DNA from: the human T2T-CHM13v2.0 reference genome, Homo sapiens | Reading direction: 5' to 3' (one strand) | DNA: 64,000 nucleotides | Assembly (NCBI RefSeq): GCF_009914755.1 | Contig: NC_060932.1 | Shown here: in pieces, positions 1 to 10,919 of the stretch | How positions within the stretch are numbered: the first letter of the stretch is position 1 | How the letters are laid out: each line of letters begins with the position of its first letter | The notes under the pieces: model-generated | Told to the model about the DNA's origin: nothing | What the model saw: the letters and a program-made list of their open reading frames with translations, nothing else | The model's database searches: none | Translations under genes and position numbers: made by a program

Positions 1-410
1 TCTGAAAAAGAAATCAGGAAAACACAATCCATCATAATAGCATCAAAAAGAATAAAATAGAGGGTGGAACAAGGTGGCCAAATAGAACCTTCCAGTAGTC
101 ATTCCCCTGCAGGGACATCAAGTTCAACAAACATCCTCACGAGCCCAGGCGGCACAGTGTGAAGACAGAGTCTACCTCCTTAGGAAGTAAAAGGAATGTT
201 AGTGTGGGATTTTGCATTGGAGGCTAGTGCTGACCCCACTGCAGTGGAACACAGCACTGGGCAGAGCCTCCAAGGCCCTTGATTCTAGGCTGGAGGCCAC
301 AGAGGGAGCATTTAGACCCCCGCCCCGGGTCAGAGGGAAATCTGCTACCTCAGCAGGAGGAATCCAAGTTCCAGTCCACTTCACAACCACCTAACTAAAG
401 TGGCCTTCCG
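1..410 (+). mobile_element. Old L1 fragments (ORF2 tail, then a 5'-UTR-like piece)
   Basis: gaaaaagaaatcaggaaaaca...ataatagcatcaaaaagaataaaata is typical L1 ORF2. ggtggaacaaggtggccaaatagaa resembles an L1 5' end. Confidence 0.55.
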
Positions 411-835
411 CCAGACCCTAAAACAAAGATTTGCATTCAGGTAGATTATTTGGAAGATGATTTAAGGACGTACCAGTGCAGGAGTTGTCGCGGGACAGTG
501 AGACCAGGGCAGTTTGACAATCAATAAAGGGTGCATCATTGGCAAGCTACCTGTGAACAAAGGGAGCATAATTCCACTGGACAACACCAGGAGGCAGTGT
601 TATACAAGCCTAAGGGTAATTCCACCTGACCAGGTACAGCACAAAGATATGTGGCCTCCAACTCCCAACATCCTGGGCTGAATAGTGGTCCCAGACCCAT
701 AGTTTTCAAGTCTATCTAGCCTGCCTGAGGACATGCCAAGAGAAAGCCTTCGCATAGAGTCCCGAGTTCACGTGGCAGGACGCCAGAGGCATGTTCTAGA
801 ACAGTAGGTGCCGAAGGCACAGCACAAGGAAACAC
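411..835. mobile_element. Degenerate MaLR (MLT1-type) LTR
   Basis: cagaccctaaaacaaagatttg...tatttggaagatgat...ccagtgcaggag...caataaagggtg resembles old MLT1 LTRs. Recognised by eye. Confidence 0.45.
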
Positions 836-844
836 TCACTGGTG

Positions 845-990
845 GAATGTTCTCAAAACAAAGAAATGATAAATGTTTGAAGTGATAGATGTGCTAATTA
901 TCATGATTTGATCATTACACAATGTATGTATGTATAAGAACACCACATTGTACCCTGTAAACATGTATATTGTGTCAATAAAGAAACAAA
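845..990 (+). mobile_element. L1 3' end fragment (L1MA/L1PB-like)
   Basis: gaatgttctcaaaacaaagaaatgataaatgtttga...gatttgatcattacaca...gtcaataaa. Confidence 0.75.
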
Positions 991-1499
991 AATTATGTTG
1001 TATAGAGAAAAATGCATAAGAAACAGCAAGAGTTGTAGATCAATACCATGAATGTAAATAAAAAACACCAGCATAAACAAAGCCATATGACATATATCAC
1101 CCTCATACCACACACATGGGGCTCTTTCAGACACATTGCCCAGTGCCTTCAGGTAGAGAGGCCAGTGGGAATGAGGATGATGGATGAAGGGAAGAAAAAT
1201 TTTTAAAAGAAGTCTAATGGGAACTGATGAAGAAAGTATACCATAAACTTGGAGTGTGATTAAAGCCTTCCATCTTCCTCTTTTGCCTCCTCTAGGTTAC
1301 CAGTTCTGCTTTTCCTGGACCTGTTCCAAGCTCTCACGTTCCACATCACACATGGGACATCTAGTGTCAGGCTCCCAGAGAGCAGGAACCAGGTGAAATA
1401 CAAGAGCACAGTCCTCCCAGCCGGTGGCATGGGGATAATCGGACAATACAACTCTCCACCCTTTTTTATGGTAAGATATGAATAAGGGGTCCACAGGAG

Positions 1500-1650
1500 C
1501 AACCTGAGTCCCTGCAACTACATTTCCCAGGGGCCCCTGGGGTAACCCTAATGTGACTCTGGGGGCGGGGCCAGTTGGACATCCAATGAGAGCACTTCCC
1601 CTGCAGACTTTGGAAGTGAGAGCACTTCCTCATAGACCTTGGATGTGGGA
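1500..1650 (+). promoter_or_regulatory. NAT1: NAT1 major (NATb-type) TATA-less promoter
   Basis: GC box GGGGGCGGGG 1561-1570, CCAAT 1583-1587, ACTACATTTCCCAG 1517-1530, ETS cores CACTTCC/GGAAGTG. It lies ~11.9 kb upstream of the ATG and directly before a strong splice donor, matching my recollection of the major NAT1 promoter position. Confidence 0.85.
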
Positions 1651-1695
1651 GGATTGCATTCAGTCTAGTTCCTGGTTGCCGGCTGAAATAACCTG
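1624..1695 (+). other. NAT1: NAT1 first non-coding exon (5' end approximate)
   Basis: Ends at donor CTG|GTAAGT (GT 1696-1697). Sequence matches the NAT1 mRNA 5' leader as I recall it. Confidence 0.85.
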
Positions 1696-1879
1696 GTAAG
1701 TGGAACTCTGTAAGGGGCTTTGAAATTGGGGTTTAATCCTATCTCAACTGTGAGTACAGGAGAGTAGGTTCTACACGATGTCTACATTTCAAGTATAAGG
1801 TTGCTCAGAAAGTGTGGCTGGCACATACTTGGAAGCTAATGCTGTCACTACTCCACAGCTTAGTGGTGACAGTTACAGG

Positions 1880-2070
1880 TCCTTGATTCAAACTGTTGGG
1901 TTTACAGTCACAGCCACTTTATAGCTGTGAGAACTTGGCCTAGTCACTTAGTTTCCCTAAAACTCAGTTTCTTTTTCAGTAAAATGGAGCTACGAGTACT
2001 GCTTACTTAAAGGACTTGTTGTGAGGATTACATACGTGTATTAAAAGATAACTAATGTGTTTAAGGCAAC
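1880..2070 (+). mobile_element. MIR SINE
   Basis: MIR core ccactttatagctgtgagaacttgg...ctcagtttc...gtaaaatgg...gttgtgaggatta. Confidence 0.65.
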
Positions 2071-2295
2071 TTTCTCAACGGGATTTCCCTCTTGGTTACT
2101 TGTAACAGTGACGCTCACCCTCCTCTGTCCCCAGTGGTGTGTGTCCCAAAGGACCCAGTTAATCCTACAGGCAGCAAGCTCGTAATAATTCCTGCTCCTC
2201 TTGCACTAGCTGATAAAAAGCCCCTAATGATCCTGGATGTCCAGGAAGATTGAATTCTGTTGTTTGCAATGCCTATGGGAATTCCAGAGGGAAGT

Positions 2296-2615
2296 TTTTG
2301 TTTTTTTGAGGCAGAGCCTTGCCCCATTGCCCAGGCTGGAGTGCAGTGGCGTGATCTCAGCTTACTGCATCCTCCTCCTCCTGAGTTCAAGTGATTCTCC
2401 TGCCTCAGCCTCCTGAGTAGCTGTGATTACAGGCACCCGCCACCATGCCTGGCTAATTTTTCTATTTTTAGTAGAGATGGGGTTAATTTTTGTATTTTTA
2501 GTAGCGATGGGGTTTCACCGTCTTGGCTAGGCTCATCTCGAACTCCTGACCTCAAGTGATCCACCTGCCTCGGCCTCCCAAAGTGCTGGGATTACAGGCG
2601 TGAGCCACCACACTA
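2296..2615 (-). mobile_element. Alu (S-type) with internal 30-bp duplication
   Basis: Alu consensus, antisense. 2454-2483 is repeated at 2484-2513. Confidence 0.95.
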
Positions 2616-2707
2616 GGGACGAAGTTTTATTATGGCCGAAGGACACTTACTGGAGAGGGTCTCCAGGAGGTATGAATGACAAAAAAAATTAACTCCTTCA
2701 CCGTCAG

Positions 2708-2857
2708 ACCGAGAGCATCACCCCCTGAACATGGACTTGCAGAATTCCACAGAAGAGAGGAGACTGGCCTAGACAGACAGCCCCAGGAGCTGAGGGCCCA
2801 ACAGGCTTTCTACCCTGGATGCTGCTCCCATGCCCTGACACGAGGCCCACTACAATG
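2708..2857 (+). other. Candidate NAT1 alternative 5' UTR exon (150 nt)
   Basis: Acceptor ctcctttaccgtcAG (2706-2707), donor ATG|GTATAC (2858). Splice-signal evidence only. Confidence 0.4.
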
Positions 2858-3900
2858 GTATACTTGTTTGCTCTTTCCTAATTAAGAAACAAACAAACAA
2901 AAAATCAGACATACTGTTTGCTCTTGAATGCTTGAAACACAAAACAGGTGACACCACCTTCCTCCTCAAAAGGAACTTTTTAACTGTCAACTTTCTACCT
3001 GCACGCTGCCCAGAGACTTATTTTGTCTGGCCCTTGCTGTCTTCAGCAGTAGCAGCTGTTTTTCTTTAGATTTGCTTTTCTGGCCTGGTGCAAGTAACCC
3101 CCACCACCTGCCTGGCCCCAGTCGGCATTAAATGGGAGCAGTGAGTGGCCTTCTGGACAAGAACAACTGTTGAATGATGGTCTTTGGGTGCGGCTAGTCC
3201 AGCAACCCCTTTTCATCCAGAGGCCCAGTGAGCTGGCTTAGGAGGGGGCTAGGTTGTAGTGTCAATTTAGTGGGATTCCATGCCCTTCTTTCATGGTGGT
3301 AGAGGCAAAAGAAAAGAGAAGGAATAGGAAAAGAAAAGAAAAGAAAAGAAAAAACACAGAAAGAAAAGCCACTCATTGGCTCTCCTTGTAATTCTTCTAA
3401 TCATTAATGCCAGAAATCTATGCAGCAGGCGTAGATGATTTTATCTCAGTCCACAATTGTACTTGTGCTGATTGTAGCCTTAAGGCCTTACAGCCCTATC
3501 TCATAGGCAGACTACCTCTGGGTTAAACTGCTTTTAATTCTTCTATGTTGGGCTCTTGTTTATAACTTTTTTAAGAGAAAGAATACAGGTTTCTTTAGCA
3601 ATAAAGAAAAAGAAAACCACTGCTGTATATTTAACACACATCGATTCTAGAGACCTGGAATTGAACAATGAGTTCTGCATATCAACCTGCTCTCCAGGGG
3701 TACCAATCCAAGAATGTGATTATTGAAGTGCCAAGTCACATAGGGATAAATCACAATAGTTGGTCAACTGTTGAATCTTGATCCTTCAACTAAACAATAT
3801 TCATGAACTCTGCAGAAAAACACCAGCATTTTGCTCAACATTCAGGACCCTCTAGAAGTTGCCTCATTCTACTCTCCTTTCTTACCTTTCTTTTACACAG

Positions 3901-4284
3901 CTCTCCAAAATGTCCACAAAAGTGACTTAAGTCAGGTTCCCCCAAACCAGACACCAAGACAAGAATCCATGTGTGTGTGACTGAAGGAAGTGCTGGGAGA
4001 GCCCCAGCTGCAGCCTGGATGTGAACTGCAACTCCAAAGTGTGTCCAGACTCAAGGCAAGGGCACTAGGCTTTCCAGACCTCCTACTAAGTCATTGATCC
4101 AGCACTGCCCTGCCAGGACATAAATCCCTGGCACCTCTTGCTCTCTGCAAAGGAGGGCAAAGCAGCTTCAGGAGCCCTTGGGAGTCCTCCAAAGAGAGTC
4201 TAGGGTACAGGTCCGAAAGTAGAAGAACACAGAAGGCAGGCCAGGGGCACTGTGAGATGGTAAAAGAGATCTGAAGGGATCCAG
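3901..4284 (+). other. Candidate NAT1 alternative 5' UTR exon (384 nt)
   Basis: Long polypyrimidine acceptor ctctcctttcttacctttcttttacacAG (ends 3900) and consensus donor CAG|GTAAGT (4285). Confidence 0.5.
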
Positions 4285-4370
4285 GTAAGTTATTGAAAGT
4301 ATTCTTTCTGTGCTAACCCCAGTCCTCAATCCTTGCCAGCCAGCCCCGTCTTCCCTCTTAGGTACCCTGA

Positions 4371-4718
<348 letters not shown>

Positions 4719-4905
4719 GACCCGATAGGTCTAAGGGGTCTCATTTGAGTCATTGTATATAAATTTTTTTTTCAATGTTTTTTGTCTAAAAAACTTTAGA
4801 CAGGGAATGCACTCTCCAATTACCTTCAACTGCTACCTCTCCTTATTTTATTATACCTAGATACATCTTGCCTTAACATTTCAATAATTTAACCAGAATA
4901 TGTTC

Positions 4906-5243
4906 TGTTAAAAATCTTTTCATTGGCGGGCCATCAGACTGGGTGACTCCTGTGGTTTCATTTTCACTCATTTTACTGTTTACCAGTAAACAGTAGAAAA
5001 GTAGAGACTTCACCAATCAGAAACTGTCAACTAACCTCTAACTAGGGACTTTTCACTCTAACCAACCAAATAGCTTTTCTTTGTCTCACTCCTGCAAACA
5101 TTTTATAAAAGTTTCTCTCCTGCCCTCTCCTTTCCTCAGCAGAGCATTGAGCCACCTGTAGTCTGGTGCTGCCTGGCTCATGAATTGCTATCTGTTCTAA
5201 TAAACTTTAAAAAATGTTATACCTAAAAAATTATCTTTTAACA
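4906..5243 (+). mobile_element. Solo ERV1 LTR (LTR37-like)
   Basis: TG...CA termini (tgttaaaa...ttttaaca), CCAAT ~5013, TATA-like ttttataaaa 5101-5110, AATAAA ~5199, near-TSD gttc/attc. Confidence 0.65.
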
Positions 5244-5329
5244 ATTCCAGTGTTGACAGTACTGGATTGGACTCTCCTAGACTCTGGTCTTTCTTGATCT
5301 TCAGATCAAATTTTTAACGTCATATTTCT

Positions 5330-5623
5330 TTTTTTTTTTTTTTGAGATGGAGTCTCACTCTCGCCCAGGCCGGGGTGCGGTGGCACTATCTCGGCTCACT
5401 GCAAGCTCCGCTTCCTGGGTTCACGCCATTCTCCTGCCTCAGCCTCCTGAGTAGCTGGGACTACAGGCACCTGCCATTGTGCCTGGCTAACTTTTTGTAT
5501 TTTTAGTAGAGACAGGGTTTCACCGTGTTAGCCAGGATGGTCTCGATCTCCTGACCTCGTGATCCGCCCGCCTCGGCTTCCCAAAGTGCTGGGATTACAG
5601 GCATGAGCAACCGTGCCCGGCCC
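5330..5623 (-). mobile_element. AluY-like
   Basis: Diagnostic gcaagctccgc, ttcacgccattct, ttagccaggatgg. 15-bp TSD TAACGTCATATTTCT at 5315-5329 and 5624-5638. Confidence 0.95.
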
Positions 5624-5699
5624 TAACGTCATATTTCTATCTCCATATAAGCCAAAATGGCTTGTTCAAAAGCCATAACTCTCATAACTTTTCTACTCT

Positions 5700-7340
5700 T
5701 TGTTCTGTATTGGAAGGAGTCAGTGTTCACCAACACTCCTTTAGTGTGACCTCTCTACTTTTTGGTTTTCATATTCATCTACTTGTTCACTGGCCATGAA
5801 ACCGAAACTATCAGGATAGCTCAGTTATTGCATTTCTCAAGCTCTTTTATGTTTGATATTACCTTTATATTCATGTTGCCTTTATGATCAAGTGAAATAC
5901 TAGCCAGAATATTTGGAGCAAACTCTTTCCCTTCAATACTTTGAAGATACACTTCTATTACTTCACCAGTGGATATTTTTGTGTAACATTCTCTTGCTGT
6001 CCTGATGTTTTCTCTTTCATGAAATATTTTCTTTCTCTGCCAGAGGCTTGAGTAGTTGTCTTTAATTTTGACTTTTAATAATTTAACAAAAATATATTCC
6101 AGTGGCAAACATGTTGTATCGAACTTTCCCAGAATTTTCTCTTTTGTTTTTTAGCTTCAATTTCTTCATCATTTCAGGAAAATATTTATCTTTACATACA
6201 TTTTTCTTAACTTTTAAATCCAGGGGTACATGTACAGGTTCGTTATATAGGTAAACTTGTGTCATGGGGGTTTGTTGTACAGATTTTATCACCCAGGTAT
6301 TAAGCCTACTACCCGTTAGTAATTTTTCCTGATCCTCTCCCTCCTCCCACCCTCCAACCTGTGAAAGGCCCCAGTGTGTGCTGTTTGCTTCTTTGTATTA
6401 ATTAATTCTCATGATTTAGCTCCCACTTATAAGTAGGAACATGCATTATTTCATTTCCTGCTCCTATGTTAGTTTGCTAAGGATAATAGCTTCCCGCTCC
6501 ATCCATGTTTCCATGAAAGACATGATCTTGTTCTTTTTAGTGGCTGCATAGTATTCCATAGTGTATAAGTACCACATTTTCTTTATCCAGTCTGTCACTG
6601 ATGGGCATTTAGGTTGATTCTGTGTCTTTGCTATTGTGAAGACATGATCTTGTTCTTTTTCGTGGCTGCATAGTATTCCATGGTGTATAAGTGCCACATT
6701 TTCTTTATCCAATCTGTCATTGATGGGTATTCAGGTTGATTCTGTCTTTGCTATTGTGAATAATGCCATACATTTTTCTATTGCACTTTTTGCATTCTCC
6801 ACTTCGGAACCACCAATTGTCTTTGCATTGGCTTGTCCTTGACTGCGTTCTATTTTATTCTATCTTAATTGCTTTATCATTTCATTAGCCTTTAGTAGGA
6901 ATATCAAGCTTTTCTGCCACATAAGCAATGTGATACGATATTGTATCTATATGGTTCCTTTCTGTTCATCATTATGTATTCTGTTGATTAATTAGTTCCA
7001 TTTCTGTCCTTAATTAGTATTCTAAGGTATGAAATCTTTCTTTTCATAAAACTATTATTTTATCACTTTATTTTTAGCTGTTTTTTATTGAGTTTATTTC
7101 ACATGGTCCATAGCCCCAGATACCTGTACAATTTTTTTTTTCAGTTTATTTTTCTTCTTGAATTGGTTGTGGTTTTTTTGTATATAACTTTTGCATGTTA
7201 TGTCTTTTCTTCTAATCCCAATCTCACAGTATTTTGATTTTGTTAGTTCTCATCATTTTCATGTATGTATAGCTCTGTTTCCACCTTTTATTTGCTGCTT
7301 GAATCTGGTGTGGCTGGTGAGATGTCCAGCTGGGGTTGGT
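5700..7340 (-). mobile_element. Very old L1 (ORF1 region), interrupted by a younger L1 3' end
   Basis: ORF 5821..6108(-) YIFVKLLKVK...ENIRTARE resembles the L1 ORF1p C-terminal half. T-rich on the + strand. Confidence 0.5.
6208..6766 (-). mobile_element. 5'-truncated L1PA-type 3' end
   Basis: ggggtacatgtacaggtt...cccaggtattaagccta... 13-bp TSD CATACATTTTTCT at 6195-6207 and 6767-6779. Confidence 0.9.
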
Positions 7341-7347
7341 GTAGACT

Positions 7348-10345
7348 TGTCAATTGAGGAAAATGACGAGACGAGTCTCAATCATTTTAGGAGATTTATT
7401 TGCCAAAGTTAAGGATGTGGGCCTGGGAGACAGGTCTATGCCTTTCTCTGAAGATGATTTTAAGGACTGCAAATTTAAAGGGGAAAGGATGGGATATCGA
7501 GAAGCACCGTTTTCATGTAAGAGCTGGGTAGGGAAAATAGTGATTCATGGCCTTTGGCTCAGTGAATGTGCTTTTTTTGCATAAGATGACATAAACAAAA
7601 GGGGCAGAGGAAAAATGCAAGGACTCTGCATTTTACATAACATACCTGGTGGCTCAGATGCTACTCTTTTAGCTGTGGTTTCAGCCAGTTGGTTACCCTG
7701 ACTTTCTGTGGTGTCTAATTTTGAGTGACCTGGGATTTTTATAATTGCCAAACGTTTTGGTTTTAGAGTAGCTTCTAACAGCGCTGATACTTGCTGCCCA
7801 TTTTCTATGGGTTGCCCTGAGTAGGTTAAATATCCTCTCTCTTTCCATAGCATCCCAAAGTTATGAGCAACCCCAAAAGCTTAGCGGCTGTCAGTGTAAA
7901 TGTTTGCAGCCTTGTCTTTTGCCACTTGACAAGCTCGAGTCGGGGCAATCAATTTGGCTGCTTGAACCAATCTGGCATGGGGAAGAGGACTGGCTTCAGT
8001 TACCTCTAGTAAGGAAACCACAGCATATCCTGCTCTAAAATGTCCATTTTCTCATCTTCAATAAGACCCATCTGTATACCATTCTATCTCAGCATTATCC
8101 AGTGGCATCGCTTATAGGTCTGTCCTGGGGGTGAGAAGTTGGTCAGTCATCAGAACACAGTCATGAGGGGTCTTGTTGGAAGGGCCTGGCAAGAGAGTGG
8201 CTGGATTAAGATGATAGAGCAGGAAATAGTAATATTGGGAGAAGATAAAAGCAAAATTTCGTAAGAGGCTAAGCAGTTGACAGACAGATACTGGGTATGA
8301 TGAGAATTTAGAAGGGTCTCAATAGGATGTGGCACAAAAATGGTAAGGGGGAACTCATAAGAACTCATAATTATTTCTTCAACAGACGTGTACAGAAGGG
8401 CCATGCTGTTATTACTCTTACACAAGGAGGCAGCCCTCGAGCCACAGGGTCCAGCTGTTGGCTATAATAGCCTACCGGTCTCTGATGATCACCATGTTTC
8501 TGGGTCAGTACCCTGGATGCAGTACCTCCAGTTTCGCATACAAAAAGGGAGAAAGGCAACTTGTAGATTGGGTGCTGTGAGTCTGGGGAATTAGTGAGAA
8601 TTTCCTTTATTTGTTATATAACTGGTTTTCCCTCTGGAGTCCCCATGATGAGATCAGGTTGTTCATTTTTTAGGTATGCATATGGAGGGTGAGCCACAAA
8701 GGAGAAATTTGGTATCCAGTTTCTACAACAGCCTGCCAGTCCCCGAAATCCTCTAAGTTGTTTCTTAGTGATGGGCATTGGGAAAGCTAAAATTTCTCTC
8801 ACATTATCAGGGTTAATACTCAGTCCTTTGACCAAGATAATATGCCCCAAATACTTAACTTCCGGTAAGCACAGCTGAAGTTTGTCTTCAGACGCTTTGC
8901 GTCCCTTGCTGGCTGAGTAAATGTAGACTATCTTCCTGGGAGGAAGATGCTGTGCCTGGACAAAGGAGAAGGTCATCCACATACTGAACGAGTGTTGAGC
9001 CCTGGGGAAAAATTAAATCCACTAAATCAGCTTTTAGTATTTGGGAAAAGTAAGTGGGACTTTCTGTATACCCTTGGGGCATGACAGCCCACATATATTG
9101 CCATTCTTTCCAAGTAAAAGCAAACAAATATGGCTGTCTGGATCTACAGGAATACTGAAAAAGGCACCGCAGAGATTCACAACTGAGAAATACTGGCTGG
9201 TAGTGAGTATAGCTGATAAAACGGCATGTGGGTTGGGGACTACTGGGTGCCTGGGTATTACAATATTGTTTATTGCCCTCAAGTCCTGCACAAATCTCCA
9301 TTTTCTCCTGCTTTGTTTCTTTACAGGGAACATAGGGCTGTTGCAGGGGCTGGTGCAGGGAATAATGAGCCCCTTTTTAGATAGTCTTGTATAATAGGGG
9401 CAATTCCATTTGCGGCTTCCTGCTATAGAGTGTATTGTTTAAGGCTAGGCAGGGGTTTCTTTGGATTTATCTCTACCTTTATTGGAGTGGCTGAGAATAT
9501 TTTCCCTATATCTGTATTGACTGAGACCGTAAGTGGGAGGAGACATCCTTGAGCAAGCGTTCCTCTTCTGGTGTTAACAGGAAGACTGGGGAAGCTAAAA
9601 GGAGTTTTACCGTTTCCTGCTCTTTATTCCAGTGTTTTCTCTTCTCCTCTATTATTTCCTTCTGTGTCTCTATTTCATATTCCCGGCCACAAGACGATGT
9701 TTCAACACTACTAGTACTAAATTGTGGTACGTTGTCAGGACATTTTGTAATTCGGTATTCTTGGTCTCCTGGCCCCAATTCTAAAAAAAGTTCACGTTTT
9801 GATGAAAAAAAGATATGGGCATTATGGATGTTGAGGAGATCACAGCTCAAAAGATTGACAGGGGCCCCAGGGCATATAAGAAACATATGGTACCTACGGA
9901 GCATGTCACACACAATTAGAGCTTGCGGCGGGGGAGCTGAACCCGATGGAATTGTAAGGTATAGGTTTGGACTTAAAACGTGAGATCATTTTATTAGACG
10001 CAGCCACCATGTTAATTCTTTCATTACTCTGAGGAATGGGCTTTCTAAATCAGGTGGGATTTGTCAGAGATATAGTTGTGTCTGTGACAATTAAGGCAGT
10101 TGTAAGCTCATGATTTATTATTATATTAATGTCTCCCAATTTGTTTGTCATGGTGAAGTTTTAACAGCTCACTAGGAGTTAACTTGTGGGCAAAATATGG
10201 GGGAGGCATGTGGCTTTTCATCTTGTAGCCATCTTATTCAGGAACCAAAAAGGGGGAGGCAGGTTTGCATGACCCACTTACTAGCTTGACTTTTCCCTTT
10301 GGCTAAATGAGTTTCGGGGGTCCCACAATTTAATTTCCTTTCACA
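7348..10345 (-). mobile_element. Internally deleted ERV1 (MER4-group, PABL-like LTR) provirus with pro-RT-RNase H remnants
   Basis: TG...CA termini and GACT TSD (7344-7347, 10346-10349). Frameshifted pol pieces: WRFVQDLRAIN, MPQGYTESP, QYVDDLLL, VKYLGH, LRGFxGLAGxCRNWIPNF, RPVGYYSQQLDPVARG, WYTDG, IIKIPGHSK...GNQLAE. Confidence 0.92.
8386..8503 (+). other. NAT1: NAT1 118-nt cassette exon with in-frame upstream ATG (8403), antisense to ERV pol
   Basis: Acceptor ttatttcttcaacAG (8384-8385), donor GG|GTCAGT (8504). The frame runs through the 79-nt exon into the NAT1 ATG without a stop. Confidence 0.75.
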
Positions 10346-10919
10346 GACTCCTCAGTTTTCTTTAGTGGAGGTGAGGGGAGGTGGCTATGACAAGAGATGC
10401 TCTGATAGCGGATCTTCTGTATATAGATGGTCCTTGTTTCTTTTGAGTAGCATCATACATTAAGGGCCTTACCTTGTTTATCTGCCTCAACATGCCGAAT
10501 TATAGCTGTACCTAGAGGAAGACCAGGTGCTAGCACTACATCCTGGTCTTTGATGTGTTTGGTATATGTCATGGTAGTGACTGGGGGCATGGAACTTGGT
10601 TCACCCTTCCTTGCTGATCTCATGACAGTTCATCAGCTGGTGGGTTGCCTCGGGAGGCTGTGGAAGCCCCGCTGCTGGTGGCTTCCACAGCTTCCAGGTT
10701 TTTAAGCCAGAAGGCTGTACCCCATCAGCGTTGCACCCATCTCCATAGTTGTAGTTTCCACACACTTATACAACTCAAATGTTCACTTTACTGTGCAGTC
10801 CATTCCCTCTGTTTTGTGATTTTTAGGAAATCTTCATAATTTACGGTCTACAAAACTATTATTTTGTTTTCAAGGAAGTCATGTTATATATTTCTGACTG
10901 TCTTTTCTCTTATTTCTAG

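Noticed and set aside
8403-8420. MLLLLL as a signal peptide on the extended NAT1
   Set aside because: The hydrophobic run is only 5-6 residues and is followed by HKE, too short for a typical h-region. SignalP would be needed to exclude it formally.
7545-9913. ERV pol ORFs as a functional gene
   Set aside because: Fragmented over several frames by frameshifts and stops, with a degenerate protease active site.
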